A stretch of DNA of 64,000 bases from an uncultured Candidatus Rokubacteria bacterium (GCA_963754315.1 CAVWFS010000001.1:160001-224000), one strand, 5' to 3'. Counted from the stretch's first letter, positions 1 to 10,655 are shown. Translations and numbers: made by a program. The notes: generated by a model not told the origin, from the sequence alone.

Positions 1-618
1 GTGACGGGACCCCACTCCCTGGTCAAGCGCATCCGCAACGAGCACTATCTCTCGGAGGAAGCCTTCGCCCTCGACATCGCCCGCATCATGAACCTCGAGC
101 TGCGCGAGCTGGTGAAGGCGGGGGCCACCGACATCCAGATCGACGAGCCCTACTACTCGGGCTTCCCCGAGGATCTTTCCTGGGGCATCAAGGCCATCAA
201 CACCCTGGTGGCCGGCCTCGACGCCTGGGTGGGGCTCCACATCTGCTACGGGAACCGCTACGGGAAGCCCGCCTGGGAAGGAAGCTACCGCTACCTGTTT
301 CCGGCGGTTCTGGCCGCCCAGGTGCAGCAGCTCACATTGGAGTTCGGACGGCGCGGTGAGGATGACGTACAGCTGTTCCGGGAGTTCGATCCGCCGTTCA
401 CCCTGGGCCTCGGTGTCATCGACGTGAAGACGCACGACGTCGAGACGCCGGCCGTCGTGGCCGAGCGCATTCGCAAGGCCCTGGAGATCGTTCCCGCCCA
501 GCGGCTGGCCATCAATCCGGATTGTGGGCTCCTTCACCTGCCACGGGACGTGGCCTTCGGTAAGCTCTGCGCGATGGTGGAAGGTACCCGGCTGGTGCGT
601 CTCGAGGTGGCCGGGTGA
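1..618 (+). CDS. Cobalamin-independent methionine synthase (MetE catalytic-domain family), 5' end outside window
   Basis: IQIDEP, HICYGN Zn motif, LGVIDVK and NPDCGL motifs; TGA overlaps the GTG of the next gene. Confidence 0.85.
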   Translation: MTGPHSLVKRIRNEHYLSEEAFALDIARIMNLELRELVKAGATDIQIDEPYYSGFPEDLSWGIKAINTLVAGLDAWVGLHICYGNRYGKPAWEGSYRYLFPAVLAAQVQQLTLEFGRRGEDDVQLFREFDPPFTLGLGVIDVKTHDVETPAVVAERIRKALEIVPAQRLAINPDCGLLHLPRDVAFGKLCAMVEGTRLVRLEVAG

Positions 619-2133
619 GCACGGCCCTCCGCGAGGCGCTGGTTACCGGGCGCTTCTGCTACGTTGTGGAGCTGGTGGCCTCTGCCCTCAAGCGGGAGGC
701 GCAGGTGCTCGAGGTCGCCTCCGAGCTGGCCGGCCTGCCGGACGTGGTGGCCGGCAGCATTACCAGCTACGCTGGCGGCGCCATCGGCCACGACCCGATC
801 CGGGTCGGCACCGCAGCGCGAGCACGCGGACTGGCGCCCAACGTTCATCTCACCTGCGTGAGTCAGGACCGGCGGGAGCTGCGCAAGACCCTCGAGGATC
901 TCCACGCGCTCGGAATCGAGAATGTCTTTGCCCTCACAGGCGACTACCCGGCCTCGGCCGACTCGAGCCAGCCCGCGCCGATCTTCGATCTGGACTCCGT
1001 CCAGCTCGTGCGGCTCATCGATGAGCTTCGGCAGGCGGGGATGCCGTTCCACGTCTCGGTGGCCGTCTCGCCCTTCAAGTACCGGCAGGCGGACTGCGTC
1101 TACCAGTACGTGAAGCTCGAGAAGAAGATTGCCGCCGGCGCCGATCTGGCCATCACCCAGGTCGGATGGGATGTCGAGAAGTTTCGGGAGCTTCGACGCT
1201 ACATGGACGAGCGGCATCTCCGCACGCCCGTCCTGGGCAACGTGTACGTTCTCACCCCTCGCGCGGCCGAGCGCATGGCCACCGGCCAGCCGCCCGGGTG
1301 TTGGGTTTCCCCGGCGCTCCTCGACGTCGTGCGCGCCGAGCAGGCTTCGCCGGACCGGGGCCGTCGCGCCCGGCTCGAGCGCGCGGCCCGCACGGCAGCC
1401 GTGCTGCGCGGACTCGGGTACGCGGGGGCGTACATCGGGGGGACCCACGACGCCACCCAGGTGGCGTGGATCATCCGGCGCGCGGCCGAGCTGGCGCCAG
1501 AGTGGGAGCGGTTTGTCGACGACCTTCGCTTCGGCGACCCGGACGGGTTCTATCTGTACCCCAGGGCCGGCGGGGGCCCGGATCTCCTCCGCGCCGTGGG
1601 CGGCGCTCGAGGGAACAGCCGGGAGCCCGAATTCTCGCGCGCGGCCCACGGCGGGTCGGGTTGCTCGGCACAATTTCCCACGCCGCGCCTGGGGGCCCTG
1701 GGCCTTTGACACGCTGGGCAAGCTCTTCCCGGTGACCAGCGACACTTGGCTGCGGCGGCGGCTCGTGCGCGTGTTCGCCTGGATCGACCGCCGTCCCCGG
1801 CTGGCGCACGCAGTGGAACGCCTGGAGCTGGCCGTCAAGCGACCAGCCTTCGGCTGCCAGGCCTGCGGCAATTGTGTCCTCGGGGTCATGGAGTACGTGT
1901 GTCCGCAGACATGCCCCAAGCAGATGCGAAACGGACCGTGTGGGGGCACCCACCTCGGCCGGTGCGAGGTCGTCGATCGGCCGTGCATTTGGGTGTCGGT
2001 GTACGAGCGCGCGCAGGCGAATGACCGCCTGGAGACGCTCCGCGTGTACGTGCCGCCGCCGGATCGGGCCCTGACCGGCACCAGCTCCTGGATCAACTAC
2101 TTTCTCGAGCGCGACAGCCGTCCCGGACGATGA
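615..2133 (+). CDS. metF: Methylenetetrahydrofolate reductase with C-terminal Cys-rich MTHFR_C domain; one net +1 frame break at about 1565-1700
   Basis: ORF 615-1709 has HLTC, ALTGD and KIAAGADLAITQVGWD; ORF ending 2133 has CQACGNC..CPQTCPKQMRNGPCGG..C..PCIW..GTSSW. Confidence 0.8.
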
Positions 2134-2217
2134 CCAACACCCACCGCGCAAGATCATCGCTGCTGCGGGCCGATCGGGTTATCCAGTGACGACGGTCAAG
2201 GAAGATCGGAGGTAACC

Positions 2218-3153
2218 GTGAGCACGAACCGCGCTGTTGTCGTCGATCCTGAAGTAGCGGGCCGACTCGCCATACGTCCCGTAGCGGAACCTACCCCCAA
2301 TCGTGGGGAGGCGGTGGTGCGCGTACGCGCGATCTCGCTCAACCGAGGCGAGGTGCGGCGCTCGGGCATGGCGCCGGCGGGCTGGCGTCCGGGTTGGGAT
2401 CTGGCCGGGGTGATCGAGCGCCCCGCGCCCGCGAGCTCCGGCCCACAGGCCGGAGCTCGCGTGGTCGGGCTGCTCCAAGAGGGAGCGTGGGCCGAGCGGG
2501 TAGCGGTGCCCACCAACGCGCTCGCAGAGCTGCCTGATTCGGTGACCTTTGCCCAGGCCGCCACCTTTCCGGTGGCGGGACTCACGGCACTGCATGCCCT
2601 CTCCAAGGGTGGCCCGCTCCTTGGCCGCCGCGTGCTGGTGACCGGCGCCACGGGCGGCGTCGGCGATTTCGCGGTTCAGCTGGCACGGCTGGCTGGGGCC
2701 GAGGTGACGGCTAGCGCGCGGCGGGCAGATCAGGGAGGGGCTCTGCGCCGGCTCGGCGCCCATGAGGTTATTGTGGGCGACGAGATTCCACCGGAGCCCA
2801 AGTACGATCTCATTGTCGAGTCGGTCGGTGGCCGCACCCTCGGCACCGCCCTCGCCGCGCTCCAGCGCGCAGGGGTCTGCGTCACCTTGGGCGTCTCCGC
2901 CGCCGCCGAGGTCACCTTCGATGCGCGACAGTTCTTCGCTGCCGGCCGTTCCACGTTGTATGGCCTCTATCTCTTCACGGAACTCGGTAGTGAACCGGCG
3001 GCCGTCGGCCTCCGGCGGCTGGCCGAGCTGGTGGCCACTGGGAAGCTGACACCGCACGTCAGCGTGGAGCTACCCTGGAAGGACATCGGTCAGGTCGCCC
3101 AGGACCTGATGGCCCGGAGGTTTCCGGGCAAGGCCGTCCTCATCCTCGACTGA
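2218..3153 (+). CDS. MDR-family (zinc-free, quinone oxidoreductase-like) dehydrogenase
   Basis: ISLNRGE, GWDLAGV, TGATGGVG, C-terminal GKAVL; GGAGG RBS upstream. Confidence 0.85.
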   Translation: MSTNRAVVVDPEVAGRLAIRPVAEPTPNRGEAVVRVRAISLNRGEVRRSGMAPAGWRPGWDLAGVIERPAPASSGPQAGARVVGLLQEGAWAERVAVPTNALAELPDSVTFAQAATFPVAGLTALHALSKGGPLLGRRVLVTGATGGVGDFAVQLARLAGAEVTASARRADQGGALRRLGAHEVIVGDEIPPEPKYDLIVESVGGRTLGTALAALQRAGVCVTLGVSAAAEVTFDARQFFAAGRSTLYGLYLFTELGSEPAAVGLRRLAELVATGKLTPHVSVELPWKDIGQVAQDLMARRFPGKAVLILD

Positions 3154-3158
3154 TCATG

Positions 3159-3212
3159 TTGGGGGGGGCGGCCCCCCAAGCCCCCCGCACGCTCGGAGTG
3201 CCTAGGGGCGAC
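3159..3212. repeat. Partial copy of the palindromic dispersed repeat, between convergent genes
   Basis: GGGGGG..GCCCCCCAAGCCCCCCGCACGCTCGG matches the first unit of the 39587 array. Confidence 0.65.
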
Positions 3213-3215
3213 GAA

Positions 3216-4602
3216 TTACAGGCCGACGGCCTCGGCCACGAGCCGCGCCAGCTCGGCGCGCAGTTCCTGGGCGACACTCGCGTAACGCGCGTCGGCAATC
3301 ACGTTCGTGAGCTCGTAGGGGTCATGCTCGAGGTCGTACAGCTCATCGACTCCATCGCGGTTCACCCAGTGGATGAGCTTGTGGCGCTCGGAGCGCACCG
3401 CCTTGTAGCTCATGCCGACCAGCCACGACATCGCGTTCTCGGTGAAGTACTCGATCAGGAACGAGCGCCGCCAGCCCGAGGGACGCCCCTTGAGGAGCGG
3501 CAGCAGCGAGCGGCCCTGAACCCGCGCCGCCGGCTTGCCACCGGCAAGCTCCACCATGGTGGGGGCGATATCGAGGGCGAGCACCAGCTCGCTCACGGTG
3601 GCACCGGCGTTCGCCAGGGCCGGATAGCGTAGGACGAACGGCGAGCGGATACCTTCCTCATAGGCGAAGCGGCGCTCGGGCCCGAGGGCGTGCTCGCCGA
3701 AGAAGTACCCGTTGTCGCCCAGGAAGAGGATGAACGTCCGGTCGAGTTGACCGGTACGCTCGAGGGCGTCGAAGATCATCCCGACTCCTTCGTCGACCGA
3801 CGCCATCATGGCCGCCCGTAGACGGATCTCCTCTTGCGTTCCGGCGTGAATGGCGCGTAGCACGCGCTTGGGCCGACTCGACGGCCCGCAGGCGAAAGGC
3901 CTCCGCCCAGGCCGGCTTGTTCTTGACCACCTCGTCGGCCGCGAGCATGTTCGGTTTTGGCGGGAACTGACAACCCCGATAGAGATCAACATGGCGGGGA
4001 GCGGGCTTGTACCCGTAGTCCTTTCGGGTCAGATCGAGCGTGCCATCGGCCGCCTGGTACGCGTCGGGATGCACCGCCTTGTGGGCGAAGAATAGTGCCC
4101 AGGGGCGCCGGTGAGGGGATTCGATGAAGGCGACGGCACGTTCGTTCAGCAGGTCCGTGATGTAGCCCGCTGCCTGCCTGTCCTGGCCGTTTTCGTTCAA
4201 CTCGGGATCGAACAGACTGCCGTGACCCTTGAAGCTCACCCACAGGTCGTATCCGGGCCGCGGTCTGGCGTCGTTGCCCATGTGCCACTTGCCGATGTGG
4301 GCGGTCTCGTAGCCGAGGGCTTGTAGCTCACGGTGGTAGTTCGGCAGGTGATGGCTGAGCGCATCGCGTGCGACGTTGTCGATGATGCCGTGCCGGCTCG
4401 CGTACTGGCCGGTGAGGATCGACGCGCGATTCGGTGAGCATAGGGGCGTGGTGTGAAAGGCGTTGAGGCACTGCACGCCGTCCCGGGCCAGGCGATCGAT
4501 ATTGGGTGTCTGCATGTACGGGTGACCGCCGGCTCCGAACTCGTCGACGCGGAGATCGTCGATGAGAATGACCAGGATGTTGGGGCGCGCGGACTCAGGC
4601 AT
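3216..4602 (-). CDS. Cys-type formylglycine sulfatase; frame break at about 3870
   Basis: RPNILVILIDD, CSPNRASILTG (CxPxR) and GKWH in ORF 3658-4641; VDEGVG..GDNGY..GEH..YEEGIRSP..ELYDL in ORF 3216-3992. Confidence 0.88.
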
Positions 4603-4612
4603 GAATGCGGGC

Positions 4613-4692
4613 AAGGTAGCTATCCTTCGCTTCCCCGTCAAGGTGCCTTCGTTGCTACCGCTCTTGACAACGTGGGAGGGGCCATCTGTAAT
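4613..4692. promoter_or_regulatory. Back-to-back sigma70-type promoters
   Basis: Plus strand TTGACA(4664-4669)-N17-TGTAAT(4687-4692); minus strand TTGACG(4641-4636)-N17-TACCTT(4618-4613). Confidence 0.6.
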
Positions 4693-4737
4693 ACGCCGCG
4701 CAGCCGATTCCGACCGAGGATATCTGGGGAGGATGCC

Positions 4738-6057
4738 ATGTCCCTTCGTACGTTACGGCGTCTGGCCGCTCTGGTGATGGTGGTGACCTTGGTGGCGGGG
4801 GCCGGGCTAGCCCCGGAGTCGCTCGCCCAGGGCAAGAAGCTCAAGATTGGCGTCATCTACGACTACACGGGACCGCTGGCGGGCGGCGGATCTGATCTGC
4901 ACGCGCTGGGCGCCAAGATCATGATCGATCATTTCATCAAGAAGGGTGGGGTGGAAGGCTACCAGATCGAGGCGCTCTACGTCGACGCCCAGAGCAAGCC
5001 CGAGATCGCCATCAACGAGGCGGTGCGGTTGATCGAGCAGGAGAAGGTCGATATGCTGCTCGGGTTCTATTCCTCGGCTCAGTGCGTGCCGGCTGCCGCC
5101 CGCGTGGAGCAGCTCAAGAAGTTCATGTGGATCACCACGTGCATCTCCTCGGCCGTGCTTGAGAACCGCAATCTGAAGTACGTGTTCAGGTCGCAGCCGA
5201 GTGGCCGCCAGTTCGGATTGATGTCGGCCGACTTCATCGCCCAGAACGCCAAGGCCAAGCTGGGGAAGGAACCCAAGGATCTTAGGGTGGCCATCATCCA
5301 CGAGGACGGCGCCTACGGGGTGGATGTATCCAAGGGCAACGAGGAAGGCGCCAAGAAGGCCGGCTTCAACATCGTGCTGAAGGAAGGCTACGCGGCCACC
5401 GCCCCCGATCTATCGCCCCTGGTGACCAAGCTCAAGCGTGGCCGGCCCGACGTCATCTTCCACACGGGCTACAACCCCGACATCAGCCTGTTCCTGCGTC
5501 AAGCCCGCGAGCAGGGGCTGCGCTTCAGCGCCCTCATCGGGCACGGGGCGGGCTACGGGGTGTACGACAAACTGAAGGAGTCGCTCGGCAAGGACGTGCA
5601 TTACATCTTCAACGTCGATCCGATTTCGATCTGGCAGACCAACGAAAAGGCTCTCAAGCCCGAGCTCCCCCCCATGATCAAGATGGTCGGCGACGAGTAC
5701 GAAAAGGCGCGGCCGGGGACGGTGGTCAAATCGGCCCACGTCGGGATGTCGGCCAGCAATACCTATGTGTTCATGACCGAGGTTCTGCCGCGTGCCATCA
5801 AGAAGCACGGCGGCATCGACGCCGAGGCGCTGCGCAAGGCCGCCCTCGAGGTCAATCTGCCGGAGGGGGGCACCATGCTGGGCTTCGGCGTCAAGTTCGC
5901 TGGCGAGGGCTCGCCCATGGCCGGTCAGAACGAGCGCGCGTTCCCTGTGATCGTGCAGTATGTCGACGATCAGGCGAACATCGTGTGGCCGAAGAGCCTG
6001 CAACGCCGGGAGCCGGTTCTGCCTCTACCGTCCTCGTCGCCGTACGCGGCGAATTGA
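4738..6057 (+). CDS. Branched-chain amino acid-type ABC transporter substrate-binding protein
   Basis: Signal peptide, KIGVIYDYTGPLA, GGAGG RBS, first gene of a liv-type operon. Confidence 0.88.
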   Translation: MSLRTLRRLAALVMVVTLVAGAGLAPESLAQGKKLKIGVIYDYTGPLAGGGSDLHALGAKIMIDHFIKKGGVEGYQIEALYVDAQSKPEIAINEAVRLIEQEKVDMLLGFYSSAQCVPAAARVEQLKKFMWITTCISSAVLENRNLKYVFRSQPSGRQFGLMSADFIAQNAKAKLGKEPKDLRVAIIHEDGAYGVDVSKGNEEGAKKAGFNIVLKEGYAATAPDLSPLVTKLKRGRPDVIFHTGYNPDISLFLRQAREQGLRFSALIGHGAGYGVYDKLKESLGKDVHYIFNVDPISIWQTNEKALKPELPPMIKMVGDEYEKARPGTVVKSAHVGMSASNTYVFMTEVLPRAIKKHGGIDAEALRKAALEVNLPEGGTMLGFGVKFAGEGSPMAGQNERAFPVIVQYVDDQANIVWPKSLQRREPVLPLPSSSPYAAN

Positions 6058-6060
6058 CGA

Positions 6061-6114
6061 GCCAGCGCGCGGGAGCGGCCACGGCCACGGACGCTCCCGC
6101 GCCGGCAAGCTGGC
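6061..6114 (+). other. Intergenic stem-loop after the binding-protein gene (possible mRNA stabiliser or attenuator)
   Basis: GCGCGGGAGCG(6067-6077)/CGCTCCCGCGC(6092-6102) plus outer GCCAGC/GCTGGC. Confidence 0.5.
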
Positions 6115-6136
6115 GCCACGTGCCCCCTCACGTTCA

Positions 6137-6901
6137 ATGACAGGAATGCTCGTCGTCGAGCGGCTGACCAAACGCTTCGGCGGCTTCACCGCGGTCAACC
6201 AGGTGTCGTTCGAAGTGACACCGGGCGAGATCCTCGGTCTCATTGGCCCCAACGGGTCGGGCAAGAGCACCATCTTCAACTTGCTCTCCGGAGCCCTGGT
6301 CCCGAATGAAGGATCGATTCGCTTCGAGGGACGGGAGATCGCGGGGCACGCGCCGTATCGCATCATCAATCTCGGCATCGGCCGCACCTTCCAGATTCCC
6401 CGGCCGTTCCGGCGACTGTCCATTCTGGAAAACGTGGCGCTGGCCGGCTTCTTCGGGCAGGGCCGGGTCTCGCGAGCCCAGGCCTTCGCGACGGCAGAGC
6501 GGGCACTCGGCCTGGTGGGCCTTCCCCTCGATCGTGCCGCGACCGTGGATGGGCTGGGAGCGGCCGCTCTGAAAAAGCTCGAACTAGCCAAGGCGCTGGC
6601 CACCGGACCCAAACTGTTGCTGGCCGATGAGAGCTTGAGCGGACTCGACGAGCAGGAGATGGACCAGGCCGCCGACATGTTACGCCGGATCTGCCGGGAG
6701 CTCGGTATCACCATCATCTGGGTCGAGCACATCATGGGGGTCCTGATGCGGGTGGTCGATCGGGTCATGGTCCTCGATCATGGCGAGAAGATCGCTGAAG
6801 GTCTACCCGCACAGGTCGCCGCCGATCCCCGCGTGATCGAGGTCTACCTCGGTACCGACGCAGCAGCCGTCCATCGAGTGGCGGCGGCTGCTCGCACTTG
6901 A
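6137..6901 (+). CDS. ABC transporter ATP-binding protein, LivG-like
   Basis: GPNGSGKST, RTFQ, LLLADE, VEH, VIEVYLG. Confidence 0.9.
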   Translation: MTGMLVVERLTKRFGGFTAVNQVSFEVTPGEILGLIGPNGSGKSTIFNLLSGALVPNEGSIRFEGREIAGHAPYRIINLGIGRTFQIPRPFRRLSILENVALAGFFGQGRVSRAQAFATAERALGLVGLPLDRAATVDGLGAAALKKLELAKALATGPKLLLADESLSGLDEQEMDQAADMLRRICRELGITIIWVEHIMGVLMRVVDRVMVLDHGEKIAEGLPAQVAADPRVIEVYLGTDAAAVHRVAAAART

Positions 6902-6950
6902 GCGGGCGCGGCGGCATGCTCTCAGTCCATCGTGGGTTGGCGGGTTGTCC

Positions 6951-7655
6951 ATGCTCGAGCTGAAGGGAGTCCGCGCCGGCTACGGAGGTTTCCAGGCCCT
7001 CTTCGACGTTTCGCTCGAGGTGCGTCGCGGGGAGGCGGTCGGCGTGATCGGCCCCAACGGAGCCGGCAAGACGACCCTCATGCGGGTGATCTCGGGGTTG
7101 ATCCGGCCCACTGCGGGCTCGATCGTCCTGGATGGCATCGACCTGGTCGCGACACCCGCCCACCGGATCGTGGAGAGAGGGATCGCCCACGTTCCCGAGA
7201 ACCGGCGCCTGTTCCCGCGGATGAGCGTGGAGGACAACCTCAAGATGGGCGGGTTCACGCCGGCCGCGCGTGGCAAGTTCGCGGAGCGTCTGCAGGTCGT
7301 CTACGCACTATTTCCGAGGCTGCGCGAACGTCGTCGCCAGCTGGCGGGCACCATGTCCGGCGGTGAACAGCAGATGTGCGCGATCGGGCGCGCGTTGATG
7401 TCCGATCCCCAGCTGCTCCTCCTGGACGAACCCTCGGCCGGCCTGGCGCCCGTGATCGTGCAGCACCTGTTCGAGCTGGTGAAGCAGATCCGTGCCGGCG
7501 GCCTCACCGTGCTCATCGTCGAACAGAACGTACAGCAGGTGCTGCGGGTGGTCGACCGGGCTTATGTCCTCAAGGCGGGTAGCCTCCGGGCCGCCGGCAG
7601 CGCCAGCGAGCTACTGGGCAGTGACACTATCCGAGAAGCCTATCTCGGCGTCTGA
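6951..7655 (+). CDS. ABC transporter ATP-binding protein, LivF-like
   Basis: GPNGAGKTT, MSGGEQQM, LLLDEPS, EAYLG. Confidence 0.9.
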   Translation: MLELKGVRAGYGGFQALFDVSLEVRRGEAVGVIGPNGAGKTTLMRVISGLIRPTAGSIVLDGIDLVATPAHRIVERGIAHVPENRRLFPRMSVEDNLKMGGFTPAARGKFAERLQVVYALFPRLRERRRQLAGTMSGGEQQMCAIGRALMSDPQLLLLDEPSAGLAPVIVQHLFELVKQIRAGGLTVLIVEQNVQQVLRVVDRAYVLKAGSLRAAGSASELLGSDTIREAYLGV

Positions 7656-7676
7656 GCTCTGGGGAGCGCATCAGCC

Positions 7677-8546
7677 ATGGGTTTCCTCGACATCTTCCTC
7701 CTTGAAGCGCTGATCAACGGCGTCCTGCTGGGCGGCGTCCTCGCCCTCCTTTCGCTCGGACTCAACCTGATCTTCGGCGTCATCGACGTCGTCTGGATCT
7801 GCTACGCGGAGCTGATCATGCTTGGCATGTACGGGATGTACTTTCTGTACACCGTCTACGGAGCGCCCATCGTCCTCGCCGGCCTGGTGTGCCTGGCCGG
7901 GGTGGGCATTCTGGGGGTCATCCTGCACGTTCTGGTCATCGCGCCCCTCCTGGGCGCGGCCCCGATCAATCAACTCCTGGCGACGGGTGGCGTGCTGTTC
8001 TTTCTGCAATCGGCCGCCACGATCATGTTCGGTATCGAGTTCCGCAACCTGGGCCTTCGCCTGCCCGTCTTGAAACTCTCCGGAATGTTCATCAGCTACT
8101 CGCGCCTGCTGGCCTTCGCCACGGCCCTTGTCGGCATAGTCCTCGTGTATCTGTTCCTGACCCGAACCTATACAGGCGCGGCCATCCGGGCCATCGCTCA
8201 GGACCGCCAGATCATGGTGCTGATGGGCGTCGACAGCCGCCGCATCTACGTGATCACGTCGGCCCTGGGGGGCGCGCTGGCCGGCCTGGCCGCCTGTCTG
8301 CTCGTGCTCCAGTACGACGTCCATCCCTTCGTCGGCCTGTCGTTCGGGCCGATCATCTTCCTGATCTGCGTGCTGGGGGGCCTCGGTAACTTCGCAGGCG
8401 GGTTCGTGGCCGCCTTCGTATTCGCCGAGATCATCTCCCTCGGAGGGCTGTATCTCGACCTCGAGTGGGGCTACGTGTTCGCCTTCGCCTTCTTCATCGT
8501 GATGATGTTCGTACGGCCACAGGGGCTGATGGCCAAGCGATCATGA
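7677..8546 (+). CDS. ABC transporter permease, LivH-like
   Basis: LGLNLIFG, GAAIRAIAQD, VLGGLG, RPQGL. Confidence 0.9.
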   Translation: MGFLDIFLLEALINGVLLGGVLALLSLGLNLIFGVIDVVWICYAELIMLGMYGMYFLYTVYGAPIVLAGLVCLAGVGILGVILHVLVIAPLLGAAPINQLLATGGVLFFLQSAATIMFGIEFRNLGLRLPVLKLSGMFISYSRLLAFATALVGIVLVYLFLTRTYTGAAIRAIAQDRQIMVLMGVDSRRIYVITSALGGALAGLAACLLVLQYDVHPFVGLSFGPIIFLICVLGGLGNFAGGFVAAFVFAEIISLGGLYLDLEWGYVFAFAFFIVMMFVRPQGLMAKRS

Positions 8547-9529
8547 CCCGTGCCTGGCCCTGGGTGATCGGCCTGGCCCTGGTGGCGCTCCCCTTCGCCT
8601 ACCGCTCGCCCTATCCCCTGCACATCATGGTCATCATCCTGATCTGGTCGTTTGCCTACACGTCCTGGTCGGTCATGGGTCGGTTCGGTCTGGTGTCGCT
8701 GGGCCACGGCGGGTTCATGGGGATCGGCGCCTACGTGACGGCTCTCTTGTGGAACCACGGCGGCGTCAGCCCCTGGCTCGGGATCCCGCTGGCCCTGCTT
8801 GCCAGCGGGATTCTGGCCGTGCTGGTGGCGTATCCCTGCTTCCGCTTTCGCATCACTGGCCACTACTTCGCCCTGGTGACGCTGGCCTTGAGCGGCATCG
8901 TCTTGCAAGTCATCACGGCCACGCGCGACTTCACCGGTGGCTCGCTCGGGTACACGCCCGAGCGATATCAGGGCGGCAGCTCGCTCTACGCGCTCCAGTT
9001 CAGCGACAAGACGACCTGGTATCTGATCGCCCTCGCCGTGTGGGCGGGGGGACTCTACGTGTGGTACCGCGTCGACCGCAGCATGATGCGCTACGCGCTG
9101 GAGGCGATCTCCGAGGACGAAGACGCAGCGGCGGCGGCCGGCGTGCACGTGACCGCGGAGAAGCTCAAGATCACCGTGGTGAGCGCCATGATGACCGCAC
9201 TGGCAGGCGCGCTCTACTGCCAGTACCAGATGTTCATCTCACCCGACACGGTGAGCGGTATCTCGATCTCGCTGCAGATGGTGTTCGCGGTGGTGGTCGG
9301 TGGAGTCTACGTGTCGCTCGGACCGACGGTGGGGGCGGTGATCACCATCCTGCTGGCCGAAGTGCTGCGCATCTCCTTCGGGACTCGGGCCGTGGGCTGG
9401 GACAACCTCGTGTACGGCATCCTGCTCGTGCTGTTCATCATCTTCTTGCCCCAGGGCATCCTGGGTAGCCTGCTCGACTTGGGCCGGCGCCGAGCGCCGT
9501 CCCTTCTTCGCCGCGCCGGCAGCGGCTGA
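8543..9529 (+). CDS. ABC transporter permease, LivM-like
   Basis: SLGHGGFMGIGAY, YFALVTLA, EDEDAA, LPQGI; ATGA overlap with upstream gene. Confidence 0.9.
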   Translation: MTRAWPWVIGLALVALPFAYRSPYPLHIMVIILIWSFAYTSWSVMGRFGLVSLGHGGFMGIGAYVTALLWNHGGVSPWLGIPLALLASGILAVLVAYPCFRFRITGHYFALVTLALSGIVLQVITATRDFTGGSLGYTPERYQGGSSLYALQFSDKTTWYLIALAVWAGGLYVWYRVDRSMMRYALEAISEDEDAAAAAGVHVTAEKLKITVVSAMMTALAGALYCQYQMFISPDTVSGISISLQMVFAVVVGGVYVSLGPTVGAVITILLAEVLRISFGTRAVGWDNLVYGILLVLFIIFLPQGILGSLLDLGRRRAPSLLRRAGSG

Positions 9530-9587
9530 CCCCACGCGTGTAGACTCGGCACGATCGTACTGCTCGCTCCGGAGGCTGTTGCCGACC

Positions 9588-10655
9588 ATGGATTTCGGAA
9601 TCGTGACCGCCAAGGTAGACGAGATCGGGTTCATCACGCACGCGGAGAACCTGGGCTACAGCCACGCCTGGGTCACCGACAGTCCCATGATTCGCTCCAA
9701 CTGCTGGGCGGTGCTGGCGCTGGCCGCTCAGCACACGCGGACCATCCGGCTCGGGACGGGCGTGAACGTTCCGGGTCTACGTCTGGCACCGGTCGCCGCC
9801 AATGGCATCGCCACCATCAACCGGCTCGCCCCTGGCCGATGTGTCATGGGACTCGGGACGGGCCATACCGGCGTTCGCTTACTCGGCCAGAAACCGATGC
9901 GGCTCGCGATGTTCCGGGAGTACGTGCAACAGATTAGAGGCCTGCTCCGCGGCGATGAGGTCGAGCATGAGAATCATCGAATCCGCTTCCAGATGCGCGA
10001 GCATCGCTTCATCGATCTCAAGCACCCCATCCCTATTTACCTGGCCGGGTTCGGCCCGAAAGCCCAGGCGCTGGCGGGTGAGATCGGCGATGGGCTCATC
10101 TCAGGCCTCCCGCGCGGAGGGTCGGTCCCTGCGATGCTTTCCAATGCCCGCCGGGGGGCGGCCCGGGTCGGCCGAACCTTGCCGGACGATTTCTACGTGG
10201 CGGCCATGATGACCCTCGCCATGCGGCGGCCCGGTGAGGCGGCCGACTCGGAGCGCATCGTCGCCGAATGCGGGGCGGCCGTCATCACGGGCCTCCACTA
10301 TCTGGTGGCGCGACACCTGGAGACGGGAGAAGACCCGCCCGAATACGCGCGAGGCGTCTGGAAGGCCTACATGGACTGGTTAGCGGACACACCCGCGGCG
10401 ACCCGCCATCAGCGTCTGCACGCGAGCCATTACAGTTTCATCGATCCCGAGGAGGCGCGCTTCATCACAAGCGATCTCATCAGGGCCACCTGCCTGACCG
10501 GAACGCCGGAGGAGATCGTCGACCAGGTCAGGACCCTCGAGCAACAGGGCCTGCGGCAGATCATGCTCTACCCTCCGCTGAATCGGCAGTACCGCGTCAT
10601 CGAGGACTTCGCCGATACGGTCATGGCCGCCACCGCAACGTCGCCCCGCGAATGA
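9588..10655 (+). CDS. LLM-class (luciferase-like) flavin- or F420-dependent oxidoreductase
   Basis: AENLGYSHAWVTDS, IRLGTGV, APGRCVMGLGTG, GPKAQALAGEIGDG. Confidence 0.85.
   Translation: MDFGIVTAKVDEIGFITHAENLGYSHAWVTDSPMIRSNCWAVLALAAQHTRTIRLGTGVNVPGLRLAPVAANGIATINRLAPGRCVMGLGTGHTGVRLLGQKPMRLAMFREYVQQIRGLLRGDEVEHENHRIRFQMREHRFIDLKHPIPIYLAGFGPKAQALAGEIGDGLISGLPRGGSVPAMLSNARRGAARVGRTLPDDFYVAAMMTLAMRRPGEAADSERIVAECGAAVITGLHYLVARHLETGEDPPEYARGVWKAYMDWLADTPAATRHQRLHASHYSFIDPEEARFITSDLIRATCLTGTPEEIVDQVRTLEQQGLRQIMLYPPLNRQYRVIEDFADTVMAATATSPRE

Noticed and set aside
1572..1580. -1 programmed frameshift at G-GGC-CCG in metF
   Set aside because: The -1 frame stops at 1735; the Zn-finger domain is in the +1 frame, and the heptamer is non-canonical.
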